Position numbers and translations under genes: made by a program. A DNA stretch of 58,050 nucleotides, the filler included, from Squatina squatina (lineage: Eukaryota), in NCBI GenBank assembly GCA_031763465.1. It is 3 parts of 3 records of this genome, joined end to end, with 100 filler letters (N's around TTAATTAATTAA, not from the genome) between each part and the next. Parts side by side here need not be neighbours in the genome. Positions count along the whole stretch, not along the records: positions 22,500 to 40,903 come from JARFOE010000115.1; 2 more parts are not named here. One strand, 5' to 3'. The notes below the pieces were generated by a model, which was not told where the DNA came from, did not search any database, and saw nothing but the letters and a program-made list of their open reading frames with translations. This document shows positions 22,714 through 33,981 of this stretch, piece after piece (within the stretch, counting starts at the first letter, position 1; the number at the start of each line of letters is the position of its first letter).

Positions 22714-23985
22714 CTGCGCTCTGCCCAGGGGCTGTGCCGTGCTGCCGGGGCTCATAGCCGGGTGGCTGCGGGCTTGTCCTGCCACTGCTGCTGCTGCTCC
22801 ACCTCCTCCTCCCCAGGCCTGGCTGTTCCCTACTCCGTACTGACTGCCCATGTCGCTCCCTTTAAGCGAGACCTGCGAAGCACCGGGGTTGCTGTAGTCC
22901 GGGAAGCCGTATCCCCTCATGGGGCTGGGGGAAGTCAGGAGTTGGTTGAGGGTCGGCGTGGCTCCCGAGTGCTGGTTCTGGCCCGAGTAGCGCTGAAAGG
23001 CCCCGGCCAGAGGAGGANNNNNNNNNNNNNNNNNNNNNNNNNNNNNNNNNNNNNNNNNNNNNNNNNNNNNNNNNNNNNNNNNNNNNNNNNNNNNNNNNNN
23101 NNNNNNNNNNNNNNNNNNNNNNNNNNNNNNNNNNNNNNNNNNNNNNNNNNNNNNNNNNNNNNNNNNNNNNNNNNNNNNNNNNNNNNNNNNNNNNNNNNNN
23201 NNNNNNNNNNNNNNNNNNNNNNNNNNNNNNNNNNNNNNNNNNNNNNNNNNNNNNNNNNNNNNNNNNNNNNNNNNNNNNNNNNNNNNNNNNNNNNNNNNNN
23301 NNNNNNNNNNNNNNNNNNNNNNNNNNNNNNNNNNNNNNNNNNNNNNNNNNNNNNNNNNNNNNNNNNNNNNNNNNNNNNNNNNNNNNNNNNNNNNNNNNNN
23401 NNNNNNNNNNNNNNNNNNNNNNNNNNNNNNNNNNNNNNNNNNNNNNNNNNNNNNNNNNNNNNNNNNNNNNNNNNNNNNNNNNNNNNNNNNNNNNNNNNNN
23501 NNNNNNNNNNNNNNNNNNNNNNNNNNNNNNNNNNNNNNNNNNNNNNNNNNNNNNNNNNNNNNNNNNNNNNNNNNNNNNNNNNNNNNNNNNNNNNNNNNNN
23601 NNNNNNNNNNNNNNNNNNNNNNNNNNNNNNNNNNNNNNNNNNNNNNNNNNNNNNNNNNNNNNNNNNNNNNNNNNNNNNNNNNNNNNNNNNNNNNNNNNNN
23701 NNNNNNNNNNNNNNNNNNNNNNNNNNNNNNNNNNNNNNNNNNNNNNNNNNNNNNNNNNNNNNNNNNNNNNNNNNNNNNNNNNNNNNNNNNNNNNNNNNNN
23801 NNNNNNNNNNNNNNNNNNNNNNNNNNNNNNNNNNNNNNNNNNNNNNNNCCTCCCTGAGCCTGAACCGCCGATTTTCCGTTGTTGATGCTGTCGGGGTCGC
23901 GGCTGCTCAGGCTGCCGCCGCCGGGGCCGGGGCTGCTGCCGCTGTTGTTACTGTTGGCCGGAGCTGCTGCTACTTGAGCGGCCAT
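22714..23985 (-). CDS. ARID1B: AT-rich interaction domain 1B, exon 1 (middle in gap)
   Basis: Start [12 protein letters not shown] at 23985; 3' part [25 protein letters not shown]...[19 protein letters not shown]|gtaaag; NOX3/TFB1M synteny favours ARID1B over ARID1A. Confidence 0.92.
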
Positions 23986-26900
23986 GATCATCTCTCAGAG
24001 AATCAGTCAGAGCGAGAGAGAGCAGGGGAGAAGGGAGAGACAGAGACACGTCTGCTTCTTCTCTTCCTTTTACACCCGATCATTAAATATTATTAAAAAG
24101 GAAAAAAAAACTCGTCCTCCTCCAGTTTGAAAGCAAGAGTAAACAGGCTCACGCTCTCTTTTGTTGCATGGTGATTATTATAATATATTAAATTCTATTT
24201 TTCTCTCCCTCTTTTTGTTAAATAGGTAGAAAACTTTCTCCAGATCTGTTTTAAAAATCAAACTTTCCTTTCCTCTCTAACCCGGATATGGGTAAATACA
24301 TGTCTAGCTGAGCCTCTGGCCCAGCATGGCATGAGGACTCCAACAACTATTATCCATTCCCCTTATTACTGCACATCAACTCGAAAACACGGGCTGGAGC
24401 CTGCCTCTCTCACACATACACTGTGCAAACTAAACATATCAGCCTTTAAAATATATAGTTTTTACTTCCACTTATTTCTTAACTGAATTTGGATTCNNNN
24501 NNNNNNNNNNNNNNNNNNNNNNNNNNNNNNNNNNNNNNNNNNNNNNNNNNNNNNNNNNNNNNNNNNNNNNNNNNNNNNNNNNNNNNNNNNNNNNNNNNNN
24601 NNNNNNNNNNNNNNNNNNNNNNNNNNNNNNNNNNNNNNNNNNNNNNNNNNNNNNNNNNNNNNNNNNNNNNNNNNNNNNNNNNNNNNNNNNNNNNNNNNNN
24701 NNNNNNNNNNNNNNNNNNNNNNNNNNNNNNNNNNNNNNNNNNNNNNNNNNNNNNNNNNNNNNNNNNNNNNNNNNNNNNNNNNNNNNNNNNNNNNNNNNNN
24801 NNNNNNNNNNNNNNNNNNNNNNNNNNNNNNNNNNNNNNNNNNNNNNNNNNNNNNNNNNNNNNNNNNNNNNNNNNNNNNNNNNNNNNNNNNNNNNNNNNNN
24901 NNNNNNNNNNNNNNNNNNNNNNAATATAATTAATAAAATATTCTGTTTCGGATTAAATTCCTTTCGTTATTTTACAAAAGTGACTAATGTTTCCTTTTAC
25001 ATTGCGTGTGCCAGAATGATCCAGTCCAGTTCTTTGCTCTCTCCCTGCCCCGGGTTCAATCTATTTCTCTCTTGCCTCAGAGTTAGACATAATCACAGGA
25101 TCACTGGATCCTTACGCTATTAACTTATACACATCTGCCAGCATCCAAATCAAAACTCTGCCAGCAAAAAATATTCATCCTAAAACCACCTATCCCAGAC
25201 TTGTGTGGCAACTCAGATCTGAGAATGGGGATTAAGAAAAATCAAGCAAAAATAGCAGGGACTATTTTCTCTAATGTGTCCTTTCCTTCAGTGTAATGAA
25301 CAACATTCCTAGGTTGAAGCATTCTCTGCTCTGCTCAGTGCCTATTTGCTGTTCCTATACACTCCCTCTGGAGGTCTTTTTACATTGAAAACAAATTTGA
25401 AAAATCGTTATTTTTAATCTAAAAATGCTGTATGATATTTATTTCCAATTGGTTTATGCCGACACTGAAACCCATTTCAGAAGTTTTCAGTCAGATCCTA
25501 CCAGTTTTTTTCATTTACCTAATGAAAGGGAGTTGCTTGCAATTGCTTCACACGCATCAATAGTTGTCAGTAAAATCAAACTGACGTCAGCCCTGGGTAA
25601 ACGATATGTCCCTTTTGTTCTCCTTTTTCCCAATTTGCAATCAAATAATCCAGACGTTTGCAAAAGAAACCCTTATTGCAAATGAATTTGAAGTTTGCAA
25701 TAGTGACCCAGCGATATTTTGTATGAAATAAAAATGGTTGTAGAAGGCTTTTTGATCTTTATGTTTCCCAGCGTCAGTTAGGTTCAGTTATGCCGGAAGG
25801 TTAGTTGCAAATCCTGGCTGATCTGAAATTCGATCAACAGAGGCAAGGGGCAAATAAAAGACATTTCAATGCAAATCGATGGGCTCATGAAGCCCAGAAT
25901 AGTTTCATATACAATATTTTAAATAAGCTGATAGGCTGCACAGTTATTCCATAGAATTTAAACAGAAAGAAAGAAATGAATAGCAAGACAAGCAGTATTT
26001 TTTCGGAGGGAGGAAACTAATTTCTTCAACCAACCACATTATGGTTTGTTGTGTACTTCAGGCTGCAGCGCGGAAGTAAAATTGATTGCTTTGGCAGCAC
26101 AGTTTTTTTTAAAGTAAAAAGAAAATTAACATGTTTTTATAACAGCCACTTCAGTGCAATTTAAAATTGCACACATTTTTAATCATACATTATTTACAGT
26201 GCTAACCATCAACATCTACTGCCCCTTTCTGATAAGAGACATTTAAAGAGCGGTAGTTTGAGAAAACGTTTGTACTTAAAGGGAAACTGTTTACTTCAAC
26301 AACCTGGAAGTCATCACTCATTTTTATTTTCATAAAAATTTTAAAAAGGCCTTTGGTTACAGAATAGGTTTTCAGAAAGTATGAAACAACAAAGAANNNN
26401 NNNNNNNNNNNNNNNNNNNNNNNNNNNNNNNNNNNNNNNNNNNNNNNNNNNNNNNNNNNNNNNNNNNNNNNNNNNNNNNNNNNNNNNNNNNNNNNNGTGA
26501 TTAAAGAATTGGATTTAATTATGTGAAGGTGCACACTATAGTATGTAAATCTATCTGTTTTCAGTTGTTGCTCCATTGTGTTGGGAAAACAAATACAGCA
26601 ATTTGCCATCCCATGTTGTCTGGCTCAGGCAATTTGACATGATACACCAGCTGAGACCTGCCTTATCAACTACTTCGTTGTTACAAGCAAGGCTGCGCTC
26701 ACCACAGAATCTGTTTCTAATTTAGTCCTCAACTCTTGACAGAGTTGAAGAATTGACAGCCCAAAACTCTAAACCCATTCATTTCCTTCATGTATGTGAT
26801 CCACTGGCGGATTTACCTCTTGCCAAACATTACAAAAATACAATTAGTGTTTTAATGATAAATCTGCAGATTACTGCAAAATAACCTTCAAAAGGTAAAA

Positions 26901-27711
26901 TTTAGCTATTTTAAAATTAAACTGGTAAATTCCATTTTGATAGGACTCACTTTACAGTTTTGAATTCTTTCAAAATGATCATCTTTTAGTGTAAATGCGC
27001 TGAATGCAATTAAGAAATAACGACTATAAATGGAAAAGCATGAAAGATATGATGTATTCTCTATTACACATTACCTCAGAGCCAATCAGATTAGATGATA
27101 TTAGTTAAGATATGGTATAATAAGGAAAGCACTTCATACCAAAATGTGGAGAGTATTAAAATTGTTGATTGCCTGGAGCAATTAGACACTGAAATTGAGA
27201 AGATCTCCACTTCTACTTTAGCTGCCTAATAGACAACTAAAGGTCACATGATTAACACTATAAGGCTCATCTTCACCACTACAACTCAGATAGCAGCTTG
27301 TATGCACTAATATACTTGAAAGAGATTTTTTTTTATTGTTTCAGTGAGAAAAGAATTATAGGACAGCTCAAGGTTATTTTCATCAAGGTACTGCATTTGT
27401 AATTGGTGCAATGGTCTTTTAACGCGAGACCATTTAAATGGCATGAATGATGCGCGTGTAGCATCCTCACAAAGATAATTGAAAAGCTCTGCAAATAATT
27501 CTCCAATGGCAATGGTTCCATTTTAAGTTGTATCCATTTTATAAAATGGTATTTAACATTTCCTTCCAATGCTTTAATTCCTTTTGCTTTAGGTCTTCTG
27601 CACCCTGTAATNNNNNNNNNNNNNNNNNNNNNNNNNNNNNNNNNNNNNNNNNNNNNNNNNNNNNNNNNNNNNNNNNNNNNNNNNNNNNNNNNNNNNNNNN
27701 NNNNNNNNNNN

Positions 27712-27870
27712 TGAAATGGCCTATCAAGCCACTCAGTTGTAAACAACCACTACAAAAAAGTCACCACAAGGACTCATCACCACCTTCTTGAGGGCAACTA
27801 GGGATGGGCAATAAATGCTGGCCTTGCCAGTGACGCCCACAGCCCAGGACTGAATAAATTAAAAAAAAAC
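27712..27870 (+). mobile_element. SINE 3' part (Meta-domain-like family)
   Basis: tgaaatggcctatcaagccactcagttg...caccttcttgagggcaactagggatgggcaataaatgctggccttgccag; related tails at 21678-21775, 41575-41920, 44280-44385. Confidence 0.65.
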
Positions 27871-28633
27871 CTTACGCAACTACAAAGCATTACACTTCCT
27901 GTCCTGCTGCTCCTACGTGGTACAACCCCTGTAGCTCCATGTCAGTGGGATTGGGAAGAGTGGTCATTGCATGTGGTTCTGACATCAGGTGCAACATAAG
28001 TGAACCATTCATTAATAAGGGGTATCCCTGGCTGCACTGCCCTCATCATCTCTCTCCTCCTCCTCCTCAGAATTGACTGCAGCAGGCTGCTCACATCCAT
28101 ACACCGACTGCTGAGATGCTCTCGACTGACAATCTCTGGGTTTTGGAGCCCATGAGAGATCCGCCAAAGACTGCTGTCCCTGTGCAGGGGCAGACTGTGC
28201 TACCAGGCCAAGAGGCAGCATGTCAGGGACTGGCTGAGGGTGGAGGAGGAACAGGTGAGAAATGGAAGCACTTTGAATGGAGTCCCCACTTCCATATCCC
28301 CTTTCGTTATCATCCCTCTCATGGGCCAGCCACACTTCACTGCTACCACTCTGCTGGAGAGCACTTTGATGCAGATCACTGCAGTGCTGTAAGGCCAAGG
28401 CTGAGGTATCTGTCATCCTATTTAAGGCAGCCGACATGTTGCCATCCAGAGTCTGCACAGCCACGGTCAAGGTGACCATGTGATTGCCCTGTTTGATGTT
28501 CCTTGGAGTTGACCACTCTATTCATGGAAGAAGACATCCTCGCAATGCCCTGTGACATCAATACACTCATGCTTGAATCGGTCTCCTCCATTCTCTCTGC
28601 AATTATGGTCAGTGTGATTGGAAGGTCTGTCAG
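27870..28633 (-). mobile_element. Degenerate DNA-transposon remnant, probably from the Harbinger accessory ORF
   Basis: Frameshifted low-complexity ORFs (IIAERMEETDSSMSVLM..., MSAALNRMTD...) without splice structure; resemble shark Harbinger internal sequence from memory. Confidence 0.4.
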
Positions 28634-29722
28634 NNNNNNNNNNNNNNNNNNNNNNNNNNNNNNNNNNNNNNNNNNNNNNNNNNNNNNNNNNNNNNNNNNN
28701 NNNNNNNNNNNNNNNNNNNNNNNNNNNNNNNNNAGTGGAAACAACACCAAACTCATTTGGTCAAATAGTTAATGTTCAGAATGTTAATTGGTAATTTGCA
28801 TGGTTTCTGCTGTATTTCATTGGAAGGCTCAATTACCACTGCTAGTGATGTTACTGCTATATTTTAGCTGAAAAAATGTTATTTAGGATTAAATTAATAA
28901 TTTCACCAGTAAAATTATTTTAACATCTACCTACAGGAGAATCCAGTCCCAATCAACTGTACAATCTCTTCTGAATAGTTGTTTGATTTACATGATGGAG
29001 CAGGGTGTGTTATGACTGATGGCAGAAAAATAAACTGAAAATGATAAGCAAGGGGGTGGGTTTTTTGGATGCACTAAGGGAAAAACATATGGTTCCAGCT
29101 TTAAATCTGTTTCCCTCTGAGTTTCTGATTGTATATTTTACCTTACCTATAGTATGTGAAGTATAACAAAATTAAGAACAATATTTTCTTGTTTGCTAAT
29201 TGTACCAAAAGCCTAAATAATAATGCAAAATTTAAAAACGATATAAAAATTTCTCAACTTTCTTTTGCAGTTGCATGCTCTGATAATCACATTGATGATC
29301 TTTCTGGGAATGCATTACATTATATTTTCATAGACTGGGCAGCAGCCTATCTTTGGAAATGTTTTGCCTTTGGTATAGGATTAGAATTAAACTTTAATTA
29401 TAACGAAGTAGACTCAAGTGAGCTAATTCACTGTTTCAAACAGTAGCTGTATCACTGTGAATATAAAGGTAAGAGCGGCTTTACTCAATTAAACAAGAGC
29501 ATCAGATAAATTAAATTCTGGATCATAGAGCATCTTATAAATGTCTGTTAAAATTACGAAATACAACTGCATGTTTCCCTTTCTCCTCTTCAAATCAGTA
29601 AATTCTCGATTGGATGGACCAATCTCCTGTAAATTAGCAGTTAAAACAATGTGTATTGCTTTAAATCAAGATTAAATACAGTAACAAAGTCCTGGCTGCA
29701 CGTCTGTAGTCATCTAGAGTGA

Positions 29723-29820
29723 TTAATTCTCTTCTGTATGGATTGAATTAATTTGAGTATGTCTGTGGAGCATGCTGTCAGGACACACTTCTCTCCACTC
29801 ATCTGTCCTCGGGTTCTTTT
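29723..29820 (-). CDS. Possible terminal exon of the HCN-like gene
   Basis: ttcaccag| phase-1 reading EKNPRTDEWREVCPDSMLHRHTQINSIHTEEN*, same strand and downstream of the CNBD exon; only weak resemblance to HCN GKKNS. Confidence 0.3.
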
Positions 29821-30146
29821 CTGGTGAATTTAAAATGAAGCNNNNNNNNNNNNNNNNNNNNNNNNNNNNNNNNNNNNNNNNNNNNNNNNNNNNNNNNNNN
29901 NNNNNNNNNNNNNNNNNNNNNNNNNNNNNNNNNNNNNNNNNAATCACAAATACTGTGGAGTAAGTACATGTAGCATGGACTATAAATGATGAAATGATAA
30001 GAGTCTCTCTGTAACAGACAATGGCGGAGTATTTACCAGTTCTAAACAATTAGGTTTACTTTGCTTATAATTCATTCTCAATTGTTACAGATGAGGTCAC
30101 ATGCATCCAGTATAGTGTAAAATGTTTTAGAAGTGTTCTGACCTAC

Positions 30147-32525
30147 CTCCCAAGAATGCTCCATCAGTCAACTTCTTTGAAAAATTAGGTCCCTCCATAC
30201 GCATCGTACCTCTTTCAATAAATAACATATAATTGCCAACTGCACCTTCCTGAAAGAGGACATGGCCTCTTTGAGCAACTTGAAATTTCAGTTTACTGAG
30301 CAATGCAATCATGAAGTTCTGATCACAATCCTTAAAAAAGGGGGCGTTGGCCACTAGACTGCTGCAGTTATGATGGACTACTTCCTAGAAAACACAACAA
30401 GAACAATTATTTTATTGCCTGTACAACATATTATTGTTTGTTCTTAGGATGTATGTGGCATTGGGAAGGCTGCATTTATTGCCCATCCATTGTTGACCTG
30501 AGAAGATGGTGGTGGTCTTGTCTATAAATGAATGGTTTGCTAATCACTCATGGAGCATAAATAATTAACAATAACAACTTGCATTTATATAAATGCCTTT
30601 AATGTAGANNNNNNNNNNNNNNNNNNNNNNNNNNNNNNNNNNNNNNNNNNNNNNNNNNNNNNNNNNNNNNNNNNNNNNNNNNNNNNNNNNNNNNNNNNNN
30701 NNNNNNNNTGTTCTATGGAACATCAGTGGCAGGAAAAATAATGGATTCCATACTAAACGTGAAAATAGAAGAACACCTAGAAACCAAAAATCAAATCATG
30801 TATAGTCAGCGTGGATTTCAAAAGGGAAAGACTTGCTTGACCAAACTCATTGAATTTTTTGAAGAGTTAACAGAGAGTAAACAATGTCATTTATCAAGAT
30901 TTTCAAAAAGTCCTTCACGAAGGTACCACATAATAGACTGATGAACAAGGCCAGAGAATGCAGAGTCAGGGGACAAGGAGCAGAGCGGATAGCTAGCTGG
31001 CTTCAAGACAGAAAGCAGAGAGTAGGGGTAAATGGTAGTTATTCCGAATGGCAAACAGTGGGAATTGGTGTTCCAGAAGGGACCACTGTTGTTCACAATT
31101 AATACTAACGATTTAGACTTAGAATCAAAAACACAATTCCTAAATTTGCAGATGACACCGAATTGGGGGCGATAGTCAATACTGAGGAGTTCTGCAACAA
31201 GTTACAGGAGGACATTAATAAAGTGCAGNNNNNNNNNNNNNNNNNNNNNNNNNNNNNNNNNNNNNNNNNNNNNNNNNNNNNNNNNNNNNNNNNNNNNNNN
31301 NNNNNNNNNNNNNNNNNNNNNNNNNNNNATGTCTCCTGTCGCGCCCTCAAAGGGTCCATTGGCATAAAAATTGAGTGCAATGGTGAACTTCACTGCCACT
31401 GAGAGCTGTCCTCACCCAGGTCTGGGGTTCGAGCTCTGGCTGCAAAAGATGGCAGAGCTCTGTGACCACGTCCTTGCTGAAGCATAGCCTTCGATAACAC
31501 TGTTCCTCGGTGAAATTGATGTAGGAGAACTGCTGCCAGCCTGGGTGGATAAGGTCTCCCTGATGCCAGCCCTGTTGAGCCTTTGCCTGCTGGCCACATT
31601 TTGCTGTCCTTCTCCCTCTCTCTATGCCTGTGCTTCTGCCTTTTACTTTGCCTAAGTAGCCTCCGACGGTGACGTCAGAGCAGGAGATCGGGTGTCAACA
31701 CAGCCCCCATGAAACAAGATAAATCTTGTATTTCAAATCTGCCCTCAAGGATATGGGGGAATAGTTAGGAGGCAGAACAGTCTTGAAGTGAAAATTGCTA
31801 CAATCTGTCCACCAGCCACTCTGTCTATGTGTTAGCAAACTTCAAAGAGTAATGGCTGACTAAATTTTTTTTTCACTCCTCCAGCTGACTCCCAACCCCA
31901 ACTCGACAGCAGAAGCTGTCGTTGTCATCGCCAGGCAGTAAGTCAGGGTACACGTCTGATTTTAACTTCTGGGGCGGTAACGAGGCACTGCGCACGGCGA
32001 TGACGTCATCATCGCCACGTGCAGCCAAGTGGAGTGCTTCCGGCAGGAGCGAGGCACTACCAGCGCCTCTGCAAAGTCCCCGTCCAATTCCACGGAGGGC
32101 GCTGTGTCTTTTGTGCCCCGTTAGCGCCTCCCACACAAGAGGCCAATTTTGGCCTCTTAATTTTCTATCAAGTTTGCTATATTTTTGGAAAATTTTCACT
32201 TTAAAACATGACCTGATATAGATATTGCTTTCTAATAACACTCTTTTGTACTTCCACTAGATTAATAAAAGCTTTTGCACTGTGAAAGTTAAAACCAAAA
32301 AGTCTAAAAGGCAACAAAAGATGTGAAAAATCAAGATGGTTTATAAGAGAACAATGCATATCTCACCACAAGACCTTGAATATACACCCAGCTGTTTTCA
32401 GGAAATTCCTGTATCATCACACTTAGAAACTGTAAACAGGCATTCCAGTGACAGAAGAGCACAGCAACCGCAAACCAGTACGTTAAATGCAAGACTCTTG
32501 TCATACCCACATCCCACTCATGTAT
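30147..32525 (-). CDS. Divergent HCN-like channel gene, two exons (S4-S5 linker/S5/turret and C-linker end/CNBD)
   Basis: Exon 32367-32525 (159 nt, cttccacag|IHEWDVGMTRVLHLTYWFAVAVLFCHWNACLQFLSVMIQEFPENSWVYIQGLV|gtgaga) and exon 30147-30384 (238 nt, ttttctag|EVVHHNCSSLVANAPFFKDCDQNFMIALLSKLKFQVAQRGHVLFQEGAVGNYMLFIERGTMRMEGPNFSKKLTDGAFLG|gtaggt). Boundaries and phases match HCN1-4 exons (IFHMTYD...MV and EIINFNC...SYFG). Confidence 0.88.
30709..31228 (+). mobile_element. CR1 LINE reverse-transcriptase fragment
   Basis: SQRGFQKGKTCLTKLIEFFEE, KVPHNRL, WLQDRKQRVG, KFADDT motifs with frameshifts. Confidence 0.9.
31865..32155. mobile_element. GC-rich MITE-like end
   Basis: CpG-rich patch ending ccaattttggcctc, similar to termini at 35866-35877 and 37831-37843. 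Confidence 0.45.
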
Positions 32526-32679
32526 CTGTGGAAGAAGTAATAAAGTGATTAGCAACAATAAACTTGCAATTATATAATGCATTATTACATCGCTTAGGAT
32601 TTCCCAAAGCATTTCATATCCGATAGGTTAGTTATGTACCAAAGTGACAGCCATTTTGAACACATGGATCATAGTAAAA

Positions 32680-33057
32680 TAAGAACAGGAGTAGGCAATT
32701 CAGCCCGTCAAGCCTGTTCTACCACTCTATTAGATCTCTGGTGTCTTGTACCTCATCTCTATTTACCCTTCTTTGTTTAAAATTACTTGATAGCCTTACC
32801 TAAAAAAAACTCTATCAAACTCAGTCTTGAAAATTTCAAATGACCCAGCATCCATAATCTTTAGGGGAGAGAGTTTCAGATTTCCACTACCCAAGTGTGT
32901 AAAAGTGCTTCCTGATTTCACTGCCAAAGGCCTAGCTACAATTCTAAGATTATGCCTCCTCGTTCTGGATTCTCCACCAGAGCAAATAATTCCTCTGTAT
33001 CTACCCAACTGAATCCCTCGATTTGACCCCTTAACTTCCAAAACTCAAAAGATTACA
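32680..33057 (-). mobile_element. CR1 LINE 3' end
   Basis: GESRTRRHNLRI...FKTEFDRVF and aagaacaggagtaggcaattcagccc tail. Confidence 0.8.
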
Positions 33058-33981
33058 NNNNNNNNNNNNNNNNNNNNNNNNNNNNNNNNNNNNNNNNNNN
33101 NNNNNNNNNNNNNNNNNNNNNNNNNNNNNNNNNNNNNNNNNNNNNNNNNNNNNNNNNCTGTAAACCTGTATAGTTCTATTTCAAATGCCTTGCTAATATA
33201 TCAGTCACATATTATGAAGAGTATCATGAGCATTTATGATGTTAATATCCTCAGTGATTGAAGCAAGGATTGTCAAGTCTCACAGACACATATTAGTGAT
33301 CGATTGCAAGGTAAACACAACTGCTTACTTGATGCATGACCGATTATGGTGAAATAACTGGGCTGCAAAAATGGGAAATTACTAACAAGACTATGGCTAA
33401 AATGTCTTTATCTTCACTCAAAAATTACATATATCTCCATGTAGCCTAATATACATGTAAAAAAACACTAGCTAGACATTGATATGGGTACATAGAAGAA
33501 NNNNNNNNNNAAATAGGACTTACTTCTTTCCAGTATTGCACATATCGCATAAGGCTTGAGAAACGCAATAAACGTTGTAAGGTCATTATTCTAGTTAATT
33601 TAATGAGGCGGACTAATCGAGACGCAGCATATCCTACAGGAGAGACATCAACACCACCTGCATACTTTCAAGACAGAGACATTTTAATACACAAACAGAA
33701 ACTTTGTTTTTAGAAAATGTTAATAAATCTTATGACAATGTCANNNNNNNNNNNNNNNNNNNNNNNNNNNNNNNNNNNNNNNNNNNNNNNNNNNNNNNNN
33801 NNNNNNNNNNNNNNNNNNNNNNNNNNNNNNNNNNNNNNNNNNNCAAAGACAGAACTACGATTCCCAGAGTGCACCATCAACAAAGCTGCACCTCAGCCCC
33901 AGCCTACAGTCCTGGGTAGGTAGAAAACTAGACACCAGTTGTAAAAGAGCAGAGAACAGATTAATACAACCACTACACAGG

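Noticed and set aside
22606-24096. Long ORFs running through N runs (also 42345-43504, 48960-49774, 56670-57680)
   Set aside because: Length comes from X residues; only the minus-strand ARID1B frame is supported.
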